A DNA stretch of 64,000 nucleotides from Podarcis melisellensis (taxonomy: Eukaryota), in the NCBI GenBank assembly GCA_964234715.1, contig OZ174278.1, one strand, 5' to 3'. Position 1 is the stretch's first letter, and each line of letters opens with the position of its first letter. The notes beneath the pieces were generated by a model. The model was not told the DNA's origin. It worked only from the letters and a program-made list of their open reading frames with translations, and made no database searches. The position numbers were made by a program, and so were the translations under genes. Below are positions 52,950 through 64,000 of the stretch, one piece after another.

Positions 52950-55900
52950 GGCAATAAGCTGCAGGAGCACTACTGTACATGTGGATATCCACTTATTGCA
53001 CAATGGGGAGAAGGAATCTGCATGCCATCTCCTTAAATAAGTGCTAGCAACTTCCTAAGGAACAGGGACCACAGTGCTTTCAAATGCAGCATACATGAAA
53101 ACGATGTCCAGAAAATTCAACCCAGTCATATTCAATTTCCAAATAGGAAATATCTAAAAACAATACTGTAGTTGAAAGGAAGTTGAAAGGGAGAGCCAAG
53201 AGCGTCAAATATCTTCAAGCTTCTTAGCAGTCATTCAATAGCACTATAATAGAAAGCGATACAATTCCTCCCCCAGATTTGGAAAGGTGCAAACAAGTTC
53301 AAGAGGATGCTAAAATGGTTAACAAGTAATGTAGAGTGAAGGAACTCAGAACTTGTAAAAGGCAGAGACTTTCTTGAAAAAGAGGAAGTCTTTCCCAAAT
53401 GAAGAAAACAAGAAGAATGCAGCAGAACAAGCTGCTGAAAAAATAAGGCAAGAAAATAAAATAATAAAGGGTGGTCATGTTGCTTCTTAAAAAGAAAAGA
53501 AAACTGCAGGTTTATTGAAATGCATCTGAAGTAGAAACTGGACAGAGACATAGTTGGATAGGAAAGGGGTGAATGACTGAAGGAAGATAGGGAGGTTGCA
53601 AAGATGTTGCAAGAGTTCACTGTAGAAGATTTTGGGCAGATAAGCATCTGAGTCACTTTTGTGAGGCGTTTACCTTAATAACTAAGGTGATTATATAGAA
53701 GCGACAAGAGATAATAGTTCTAAGGCTAACAGACAAAGTAAAAATAAGCAAGTTGCCAGGTCTGGTTGTGTGAACTTGGCTATCTAACAAAAATGTGCAA
53801 CTTCTCAGGTAAATTGTAGAAAGCTTTACTAAAATGAACATGATTTGTTGCATGCAGAGCCAGCCCACCAAGGAGGTGGTGTGAAGCATGCACCTCTGGC
53901 AGCATAAGCGCAAGAGGCGTCACCCCACCCTCTGTACCGCTTCCCCGCTTCTGCCAGAACGCCCCCCTCTCGCCCCCCTCTCTTCGGGAATCAGGCAGAT
54001 AGTCAAGATAGCAAACTTTTTAAGCAGGGAGATGGTCCACTGTTCTTCAGACTTTGGGGGGGGGCGGACTATATTTTTTGGGGGGGATGATTTCCTATGC
54101 CCCACAAATAACCCAGAGATGCACTTTAAATAAAAGAACACATTCTACTCATGTAAAAACATGCTGATTCCCGGACCATCTATGGGCAGGATTGAGAAGG
54201 CAATTGGGCTGGATCTGGCCCCCGGGGCCTTAGTTTGCCTACCCATGGTGAAGAGCCCTGAAAGCATATCATCAAAGTGGATGAACAGGGAACAAAATGA
54301 CAAATAATGATTCATTATAACAAAGTGTCAAGTGATGGGTATTGGGGTGAACCAATCCCCCACCCCAATGCACTGGTGGAATATGAGTTAACTGCAATTA
54401 CCAAGGACAAATATCATGGTGAAGAGCTTAATTCTAAAAGTCAGTTTGATGTGTGGCAGTAACAACAAAGACCAATACCACATTTAGGATGATTAAGGAT
54501 ACTGAAACAACCCTCCTGCACCAATCATAGGCAATAGAATAAAAGAACAATACCCCCATCTCCCCCCTCCTTTTCCCTTACCATAGCTGTCAACTTACAG
54601 ATTTGAAAATAAGGGACCAGCAGCCAAAATAAGTGATTTTAATCAACCAGCTAAAATACGAAGTTAAAAGGGACCAGATAATTTTGGAGAGCAGCGCCGG
54701 TTCTTAGCCCTTTGTTTCCAGAGGTTGCTGCTCAAGACACCAGCCAATGAAACACTGCAATTAAATAACTAAAAGCAGCAACCACTTTTCGCACAAAACG
54801 AAGTCTAAGCTACGAAGATGCTGCTGCAGTTCTGTATCTTTTCTCTCGAGCTCCATCTGCAGCTCTCAATCACATTAGGTGGGGCGGGAGGAATGGGGGG
54901 GGGGGAATAGCACCTGAAGTAAACCAGCAGATAAGACCATCTATGCTAGTCTACCACTACAAATCTATGGGAGAAGCGCTTGCGGTCCTTCCCTTGTAGC
55001 CCTTATAACACCTGCCTGCGCCTCCGCCTCCTCCTCTTCCTCCTCTCTGAACTGCTTTCTCTATGGTTGCCCTCGCTTTCCTCTCAAGGCCCCTCAGCAA
55101 TTCATAGGCCATGCCAGGCTGCCCATCTCATCCGGGTCCTTCGGCAGCACAGCCGCAGTACGACCTAGCGGGAGTGGCGGCGGCGGGCAGAGGGGAGACC
55201 CCAGGCAGAGACGCTCAGTTCGGCGGCCGCGAGGAGGATAGCAGTGGAAGGGACCGAGGCTCCTGCCAGTCCCGGCGGGGAGGGGCTCCCAGGGGCTGAG
55301 GCTGGTGAGAGGAGGCTGGAGGGGGGTGGGCCGGGCAGCCAAGCAACACAGTTGGAGCCTCCCTCCTCCCTGGCCGGCAAGGAGGGAGGGAGAGGAGCTG
55401 CTTCCTTTGAAACCCGGGAAATTTAAGGGACATCCATCAATAAAGGACATCAGTGGGACATGGCGCTGGGATAAGGGACTGTCCCTCCAAATAAGGGCCG
55501 CTTGACAGCTATGTCCCCTACCACAAGATGTCTATGTCTATGACAAAAGTGTCTCTCACCAAACATAAACAAACTGTGAAAAAGACTATGAACTGAAAGT
55601 GGAGACAATAGATGTGCCTTTCCCTACTTAGCTGTTTGCTTGTTAACATGAAAAAAACCTTAATAAAAACTATTTTTAAAAAATTAAGGATTATTAGGAA
55701 GGTGATCATTGCATCCTAAATTGTTTTGGTGCTATGGCCCCTAGAAACTGATCCTGGGCCTATGTCGCTATAAGGCCAAAAGAGATCTTGGTATTCAGGG
55801 TTGTTCAGGGGAGGACTCACCCCCACACAGAGGTGAAATTTAAACCAGTCAGGAGTTAAAAGAACAGATGTGCAAGAGCACCACTGTAACCTCACTTATG

Positions 55901-56200
55901 CTCTGCTAGCAAGATCTCAGCAGGATTTGGGACTGAGTGGGGAACTGCTTTCACACACCCTGCCCAAGTGATCAGCTTTACGATTGCAGAGTTAATGAAC
56001 TGATATAATCTGTGCAGTTGTGGTCTCCATATCAGGAAGGATATGTAGGAGAATGAAAATGTGCAGGAAAGGGCAATCAAAACTATCAGAGGATTAGAAC
56101 TAATTTCTTACATAAAAAGATAACTTGGGACAGGGGGATTGTGATAAAAACTATTAACGGTGTCAAGGAACTGGATGGCAAGAATTTTTTCTAATGAAGG
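52950..56200 (+). mobile_element. Ancient fragmented CR1 LINE interrupted by DNA transposons
   Basis: Remnants DREVAKMLQEF..VEDFGQI (~53585), KCQVMGIG (~54320), ENVQERAIKTIRGLE (~56055) in colinear order. Confidence 0.55.
54582..55513. mobile_element. 932-bp non-autonomous hAT element with GC-rich internal cargo
   Basis: TIR CATAGCTGTCAA...TTGACAGCTATG; 8-bp TSD tcccttac/tcccctac; subterminal ATAAGGG-like repeats at both ends. Confidence 0.85.
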
Positions 56201-56763
56201 CTTGGAGGGGATTATGACAATTTTTAGTTTGTGTTTAAGCACAAGAGGGCAGTATTGTTTAAAGTAAGCATTTTATTTTTCACACTGTGGCTGCTCAGAA
56301 ACACTTGTAAAATGTGTGAAATACTGTTGTCCTTTCTTTTTTGCCTGTGTCATAATTCCATACAAGCAGTAAAATTGTCGATGTATTTGCAAATAATTTG
56401 TAAATTATATGACCCACAAGAACATAAATAATAATGTGAATCCTTCATTTTGTTTGGGGAAAGCACGCTAGAAGTTAATTTTATCAGAACATTCAAATAT
56501 ACTAATTGAATCCTCTGCTGTTTTTGTTTTCTTGTATGTTTTGAGGTCTTTCTGTCACCATTTAAGTATGTGAAAGCTTTTGCCAGACAGGCACATGGAT
56601 TTTGAAGTTTCATATATACTTCACTTCAACTGTAAATGTTCATTCTGAATATTGATTGCAAAAATTATCCAAATTCAATATGTGGGCCCCTTTGTAATAT
56701 CCTACCAATTTAAACAGCAACTCCTTTTTTCTAAAATGCTGGCATCATGAGTAGCTCTAAATA

Positions 56764-56835
56764 ATAGAATCATAGAATTGGAAGGGACCCCAAGGGTCAT
56801 TTAGTCCAACTCCCTGCAGTGCAGTAATCTCAACT
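56764..56835 (-). mobile_element. Short CR1 3' end
   Basis: atagaatcatagaattggaagggacc, same terminus as at 49410. Confidence 0.65.
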
Positions 56836-57214
56836 AATATGAATGCAATGGATTCAGACCCACTCTCTAACCAACTGAGCTATCTCTCTGGCACAAGGCA
56901 GACATGCCAGGGAGTAGCCACCCCAGTCTCTGATAACTACATGTAGATTCCTTGTGTCTTTAAGATGCATCCTTCACATGCCTCTTCAAACATTTGCATA
57001 CTTCGTCATATTTGGTTTATCTTGAACTGAACAGAGGTTCTGCTAGAACACTTTCATTTTAAGGCTCCCGTATATTTACCCCAATGTGCTCCAATTTACT
57101 GCCCTGTGTGTCATTCTTTAGAGCAGTGCATTTCAGTGTATGGAGCAGGGCTTTCTTTGCTGCGGCATCAATTGCAAGGAATAGTGTTTCTAAAGAAACT
57201 CATCATTCCCCTTG

Positions 57215-57216
<2 letters not shown>

Positions 57217-57280
<64 letters not shown>

Positions 57281-57300
57281 TACGTATATGTGTGTGTGTA
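57217..57300. repeat. Compound (TA)n(CA)n/(TG)n microsatellite
   Basis: Directly visible. Confidence 0.95.
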
Positions 57301-58254
57301 TATAGTTTTACCAGAGAGTGAGACCCAAAATCTCCCCAGTTTAGGTGTCCACTGATTTCAACATCTCCAACTTTTAATTGCCAATAATGCATTTTTTAAA
57401 ATGTTTTTTAAAATGTTGTTTGCCACTTACTGTTTTTTGTTTTCTGTGGCACCTTCAGCCCTATTTTTTTATTTATATAAAAAAAGATTATGCTGCAAAA
57501 GAGAGATTCATTTTTGCTGTAATGTGTAACACGGGGTGCCTCCCCATGACAACATTTTATGCTGTTATTTAGTGCTTGAATAGCAAAATTCAGGAAGGTA
57601 GCCTTGCAAAAAGTAGGAAATGCGAAGATTTCTTACATAACATGTAGTTACATCTTTCCTTTTTCCCATTAAATTAATCATAGTCAGCAAGAGAGATGGC
57701 TATTGGGATTGCAGCACAAAGGGAGGAGAGGTTTATCCCTCCCTTCTCCAGCCATAACGCCTCCCCGTAGCTTCAAGGCTTAGGAAAAAAATCCTGTTGT
57801 CACTGGGGGTGGGGATGAGACTCTGGAGGAACTGCGCCTCAGGAGGGAAGAGATAAATCCACCCCCCTCATGCTGGGATCCAGATTACAGCCGGGCCCCA
57901 GCAGCTCTAATTACTTTTAAAAAACCAGAGATATAACTGCATCCCACTTATTAAACATAAAGTGCAGTTTGATTGCTACTGTTAGTTTTTACTGAGATCA
58001 AATATACACCCAATGCACCTTTGGACCTGTTTGAATGGATAAGCTTTCAGATGTCCCAGCCCAGTAAAGGAAGTTTGCATACACAGATCTTCTTAACACA
58101 TGCACAACCAGCAAATATACACCTGGGCATGTGCATGAAACTGCATTGTAATAGTCATCACTGAACTTGTTGGGTGCATAATTTTGTAGTCTGGGAAAGA
58201 ATGTGTCTCTCCATCCCTGGCCACTCGCTGTTCCACACAACTCGTTGCATGTGC

Positions 58255-58292
58255 CTCGCTTGGGACCAATGAACTCGCTTGGGACCAATGAA
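58255..58292. repeat. 19-bp perfect tandem duplication
   Basis: ctcgcttgggaccaatgaa x2. Confidence 0.9.
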
Positions 58293-59002
58293 TGCGCCTT
58301 CAATGAATGAGCTTCTTTGAAGGGGTGTTTTGCCAGTCTCCGACACTACCTTGTTACCTATTCAATAGTTCCCTTCAGTGTACCGCTTATATCATGTTTT
58401 ACTAGACACCTGTTTGTAGGTGAACTGTTTCCATTCTTCATCAGGACCGTTCATCAGGTGTGATGCTCTTGACCGACTCCAGTTTTACAAGGCTGTGATG
58501 TCTGCTTTCATGGTACATGCATCGACTCTGCCATTTTTCAAGATACTAGCTGAGCTCCCCATATGGTTTCCAGATGGAAACATATTGCTTTTGCTAGCCA
58601 CCTTCGAAGCAGTCTGTCAGCCAGATCCCCTCTCAGAAACAAATAAATGGTCTAGTGTCTACTGTATTTCCTTTCGGGCTGCACTCTCCACTTTAAACTT
58701 GGCTCCGTTTCAGAGCAATCAAAATCCAATCAGCCGTTGTGCTAACTCCATATGTTTTATTTCTAGACGATGCTATGCAGAGGAAGCTGAAGGAATTTTC
58801 AATCTGCTGCTGCGTTCAAGGGTGACGTGCTGCGGATCCCTTTCCATGTTTTTCATTTGAATGGAAGCCATTGAGCAGATCTTGGCTTACCAAATATTGC
58901 AAATAGAGTTATCTTTTGTGAGAAATAAGGCATCTCTAATAGGAAGTGGTACAAATGCAGACTTCAACTGTGCTGCGTCTTATAGACAGACACAGGGTCA
59001 TG

Positions 59003-59003
59003 G

Positions 59004-59030
<27 letters not shown>
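59003..59030. repeat. (GT)n microsatellite
   Basis: Directly visible. Confidence 0.95.
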
Positions 59031-59039
<9 letters not shown>

Positions 59040-59576
59040 TGAGAGCACTTTAACAGTTAAGCTAGCTTGACACATGAAAGCTTGCAAGAGTCTAAAGCTT
59101 CCACCAGCAAATGGTGACTAAGCTGACCACTCCCATAGTCCTTGCTGGGTTGTGAGGTTCAGGTGAGGTGAAAGATTTTTCCGACTCCTACAAGGACCCC
59201 CCCCACCTTCATTTAACTGTCCCTTGAGAAATGAGAAATGAAATTGGCCGCCACCACTTACGCTTCAACCACACTCACTCTGACATGCAGCTCCTGTAGG
59301 TGGACCATGAATCAATGTGACCCACTGCCTGGAAAAATATGGCATCCCCCCACCATATATGCTTATTTAGTTACCGTAGATTTTCTAAATATTGCTATGT
59401 ATACAGACCAGATGTATGGGGGGGGGCAACTGATTTACTTCTATGAAGAACAAATAAGATCTTTACTCGCTTCAGACTTGAATCCCTTCTCCATCCAAAA
59501 CTCTTTCACCTGAAACACACTGAATTTGGAAAATTGTCCTAAATAGTTTTGTTTGCCTATTTATGATTGACTAGGA

Positions 59577-59711
59577 CAGGCATAGGCAAACTTAGCCCTC
59601 CAGATGTTTTGGGACTACAACTCCCATGATCCCTAGCCAACAGGACCATTGGTCAGGGATGATGGGAATTGTAGTCCCAAAACATCTGGAGGGTGAGTTT
59701 GCCTATGCCTG
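59577..59711. mobile_element. Palindromic hAT MITE
   Basis: TIR CAGGCATAGGCAAACT...AGTTTGCCTATGCCTG; perfect TSD gactagga. Confidence 0.9.
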
Positions 59712-61393
59712 GACTAGGATCACCAATACAACCAACCCAGGAAGTGTTGCCCTTACTCTAAAGCAGCTTTCTTTCTCCCCAGTGGCATATCATTGCCAAA
59801 TCTGATGGGCAGATCATGACACATCATGACACAATCTTCTTCACAACATGATCTCTGATAGTTTGGGATCACTCCATCAACGACAGGGGGAAACTGCAAA
59901 TGGGTGGTGGGGGATTAGTGCTGAATCAGTTTGGGGAAACTATGGCAGCAAGTAGGCATGTTTGCTCAGTGGCAGAGGTTGCAAGGAAAGTATTCCCCTC
60001 CCCCACGCTAGGTTTGCTCCAAAAACTGAAATGGGCAAACCTTCAGAGCATTAATCACTATTCACTAGTGATTACTGCAGCTGAGATTATCATTGTATCC
60101 TTTATTTGCCCTAACCATAGAATGAGGAAATGGAAATTCTGTAATCGCCTGGTTTTGCTATCGCTAACGAAAGCTTCTTTGATACACTCTGAAGAACTAC
60201 TCACTAAGGTAGGTCCTGTTTGAAGTGTGAATTTAAACCATTTAATTGCAACCTAATTAAAATATACATTTCAGCACCTAAGTTTAAATGTTGTGTGAAA
60301 GGTAGACATAGGATATAGGGAAGGATAAGAGGATGTGCAGCAGTGGAACAGTGTTGCCGGCAAACTACTAGGATATCATTGGCATAGCTTTCAATGGAAA
60401 GAAATGTTAAGGCTCATTGAAAGTGACTGTAGCCATTTAAGTATGATATGTGTTTAATACTATCAGCTACTGTATATCTTAGAAGTTAGAGACATTACAT
60501 CATGGTACATTGGTCTGGCCTGTAGCTGTAAATCCAGCAAAGAACCCCAGAGAGATGGCATCAGGCTGACAGGAGCCTGGCAGCTTCTATGTTGGTAGTA
60601 AATAGACTTGGCAAAGGATGCCACAGTGCCTTTGCCAATGTGTCCTGGCTACATGTTGCCTGACTAAAGCCAAATCCTTCAGTGTGGTGACCAAGGAATG
60701 GCTCGGCGGGGCTTCATTCTGCTGTGTGCCGAGGAAAATGCTGATGTGGTGTCTATAAAATACAAAGCTCCAGTTTGTTCCTTAATAAAACCCCACTGTC
60801 CATTCATACACCCAAACTAATCAGCATGACATGAGACCTCTGTACTAGAACAATATTTGCAAGCCCATCCTGAGGGTGCCGTGTCCTGATCTGACCAAGG
60901 CCTATGCATCTCTCAAGTTCTAGAGCACAGTAGAACCGTTGCTACTGGTAGCACCACTACCAGCGGTGGAACTGAAGAACATAGAGAACCATGTCTGACC
61001 CTTGATCTATCTAGTTCAGTATTGTCTGCTCTGACTGTCAGAGGTTCTGCAGGGTTTTAGACAGGGAGTCTTTTGCTGGCCTACCCAAGAGACACCACAG
61101 GTTGGGTCCAGAACTTTTTGCATATGGAGCAAGTTCTCTATGGACCTTCCCTTTCTGACTAATCGGCATGGCATTAGACCTCTAGTCTGTTTGTGGAAAA
61201 CAGGGAGGACAGAGTAGGTGAGGGAGGACAGGCAACCATAATAATACTGTGCTGGGGAAAAAGACGATAAGGGTACCAGAACAATAAATTATGATCTATT
61301 GTGAATTGTGATCTATCAATTATGATCTATCAAAAAACACTGGGGGAAACTCTACCTAGATGTGAGCTATTTTATACTCAGGTATAGTAGAGT

Positions 61394-61747
61394 GGGATGC
61401 AGGTGGTGCTGTGGGTTAAACCACAGAGCCTAGGACTTGCTGATCGGAAGGTCAGCAGTTCAAATCCCTGGGACGGGGTGAGCTCCCATTGCTCGGTCTC
61501 AGCTCCTGCCAACCTAGCAGTTTGAAAGCACATCAAAGTGCAAGTAGATAAATAGGTACTGCTCTAGCGGGAAGGTAAACGGCATTTCTGTGTGCTGCTC
61601 TGGTTCACCAGAAGTGGCTTAGTCATGCTGGCCACATGACCCGGAAGCTGTATGCCGGCTCCCTCGGCCAATATAGCGAGATCAGCGCCGCAACTCCAGA
61701 GTCGGTCACGACTGGACCTAATGGTCAGGGGTCCCTTTACCTTTACC
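61394..61747 (+). mobile_element. Full-length Sauria SINE (lacertid type)
   Basis: tRNA-like head, body ...gtagataaataggtac..., (ACCTTT)n tail; 11-bp TSD tatagtagagt (61383-61393 / 61748-61758). Confidence 0.9.
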
Positions 61748-64000
61748 TATAGTAGAGTAGGCTAGGCTAGGCTAGGCTAGGATATGATAGGTAAATCCTA
61801 GGTAATATTATAATTCCACCAGAATCAGGGGGGTGTCACATGGCAGTTTTGATCATTACAAGTGTCTCTAGAATAATTGTTCCATACAAATGAATGACTA
61901 AAGGGCACAGCAGCATCAGCAGAGGCTATACAGATGTCATGGCTAAAAAGTGAGCTCAGCAGTGGATATTCCCCTTTGCACTGTGCCCGGCTGGGATGGG
62001 GGATGGGTTATGTTCCCTTCTCCCTGAACTGTGATTCCAATTGAAATCTCCCACATCTCTGCTTTAGGGGGAAATGTAATCTTGCCTTATTTAGCCCTAA
62101 GTTTAGTATGCTCTACAATTGTCTTCACCTGACCTGGTGGCCTCCATATGTTATCAGGTACTGATGGGAGCTGGAGGGAACCAGGTTGGAGAAGACAGTT
62201 TTGCATAATCAGCCAGATCCAGTTCGTACATTCAGAAATTGCATGCCTGTGCAGGTCTTTATGTCTGAATGTTCCCTCATGTCAAAAACTCCATGTGGAA
62301 ACCCAAAATGTCAGAGAAAGGTGAGCTACTTAGGACATTTTTCTTTGACCTGTGTAGGCCTGATTCACCCAAAATGCAAAGTCATGGTTTGTTTAGCAAA
62401 CCACAAGTTAACCATGAAGCAACCAAACAAACCAAAGTTTATTTACGGTACTTATTTTTTTGCAGCTGCTCTTGCTTCCTACTTTCATAGTGTGGTGAAT
62501 ATCTAGGATGAAATGCTCAAACAAACCATAGTTAAGGAAGGCTGTCTTAATACATAATGCCAAGCCATAGTTAAAACAAACCAAGGTTCATAAGCCAACA
62601 AAAAACTTCAGATCATGGTATGTAGGCAGTAAACAACCCACAGTTAAGCTGCTGAGCAGGGTCCATACATAATGGTAAGCCATAGAATAATGAACCATAG
62701 CTTCGGGTTATATGCGATCCAGGTTTTAATTTCCAAATGCAGGGAATATATTGTGCCAGACAAACCACCACCTACATTATGAAGTGATACCATCATCCAG
62801 TTGCTTTTTCTGAACATTTGAATTGGCTCTCAAACATGAGTCTTGCCAGCAGTTCCAAATACAGTGCTCTTTCTCTAGCTCTCTCCTGAAAGAGCAGTAA
62901 TAAAAATTTTGGCTTGGTATTCTTCATTCAAGGATCACTAAGGGCCTATAAAACATGCAATTAACTGTTGAAATAAACTGCGCAGTGTATTGAAGTGTTA
63001 ATACACCCAGAGTAATAGTAGCAACGACATTACTGACAAAATTCAGAAGTACAAACTGGCAAAACACCAATATGCTTCTACATAGCACACCTACTTGGGA
63101 AATTGCCACTGGCAGCTCAGGATTTGAGGGAGAAGACTATTGTTATTCCTATTCAACTGTATTGTATTCTCATTTTAATGGTGAAAAAAACGTTTTACAT
63201 TCCTTATCTTATGGGGATTCTTCTTCAACTTGTCTTCCTGTATCTCCGTGTAAAGCTGGGAGTATGAGACTTTCAGGAGAAACTCAAATCCTGGGGTTCT
63301 GTGGAGTTAGCATGGGTAAATTTTGAGATGGTAAATATCCCCCCCAGGCTCTTCAGAGCTCATTTTAACAATGCTGGGATATATCAGAGCAGTATACAAC
63401 TAGGGTGGACTTCTGTAAACCAGAAGCAATCAAGAAAGGACCCTCTCTAAGTTGAGGAGAAGGCATCTGTTTTATGGCTTTTACAGTGTGTGAACCGAGG
63501 CCTAAGTGGGTGCCCAGTACAAATATACAATGGGAAACCTCCCCTTGATCACGGCTGAAGCTGCTGCCCCTCGGATGTTATGGTGCTTTGATGCACCAGA
63601 ACAATGCTCTCCTTGATCCAGCTGGAGGTGGTAGACATAGATGTTCAATTACCTACGTCCAGATGTTGCTGAACTACAACTCTCACCAGCCTTAGTTTAC
63701 ATGGCCAATAGTTGGGGATGTGGGAGTTGTGGTCCAAGAGCATCTTGAGGGCACCCCATTGTCTAGCCCTGAACTAAATGTACTTCATCTGATGGGATGT
63801 CACATGCAAACCATGTGCCCTTATTCTGTCTGCACTCTCTGTCACCATGCCTACACTGACACAGGAGAAAGAGGTTAAAGGAGATCAACAAAGGTGCAAT
63901 TCACGGAGCAATGTTAGCTCAGGGAATTGGGGCACTTTGTGCCAGTCCTTTAGATTAAACACAATTTCTGACCATTCATAGCAAACTCTCAAAAATAAAG

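Noticed and set aside
53231-53656. 141-aa minus-strand ORF
   Set aside because: Antisense of a purine-rich decayed CR1; low-complexity F/S/L composition.
54975-55400. CpG island as the promoter or first exon of a resident downstream gene such as PSMG1
   Set aside because: Lies inside TIRs and a TSD, and no frame resembles PSMG1.
58420-58860. 146-aa ORF
   Set aside because: GTG start, no recognisable domain and no convincing exon chain.

Overview
Eukaryotic (vertebrate) genomic DNA, most likely a squamate reptile (lacertid-type Sauria SINE, Squam3-like SINEs, L2/CR1 LINEs, hAT and Tc1/mariner MITEs). The window holds one complete protein-coding gene, BRWD1 (bromodomain and WD repeat-containing protein 1), on the + strand. 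I traced 42 coding exons by hand from ATG 6071 to TAA 47747: all GT-AG introns, 7569 nt of CDS, 2522 aa, with phases consistent at every junction. A CpG-island promoter lies at about 5070-6560 and the likely poly(A) signal at 49076. The rest is intronic or intergenic DNA rich in transposon remnants. There are no prokaryotic systems, CRISPR arrays, rRNA or tRNA genes. Most interesting observations: (1) a 932-bp hAT element carrying CpG-island-like captured DNA (Pack-type); (2) inverted MITE copies bracketing an in-frame 519-nt exon block (candidate circRNA with an endless ORF); (3) a triplicated C-terminal exon module, with two exons of exactly 885 nt and a nested 13-aa motif; (4) a PHIP/BRWD3-like C-terminal motif; (5) a uORF cascade plus an in-frame upstream ATG. 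Repeat family names and comparisons to human proteins come from recall, not from database searches.
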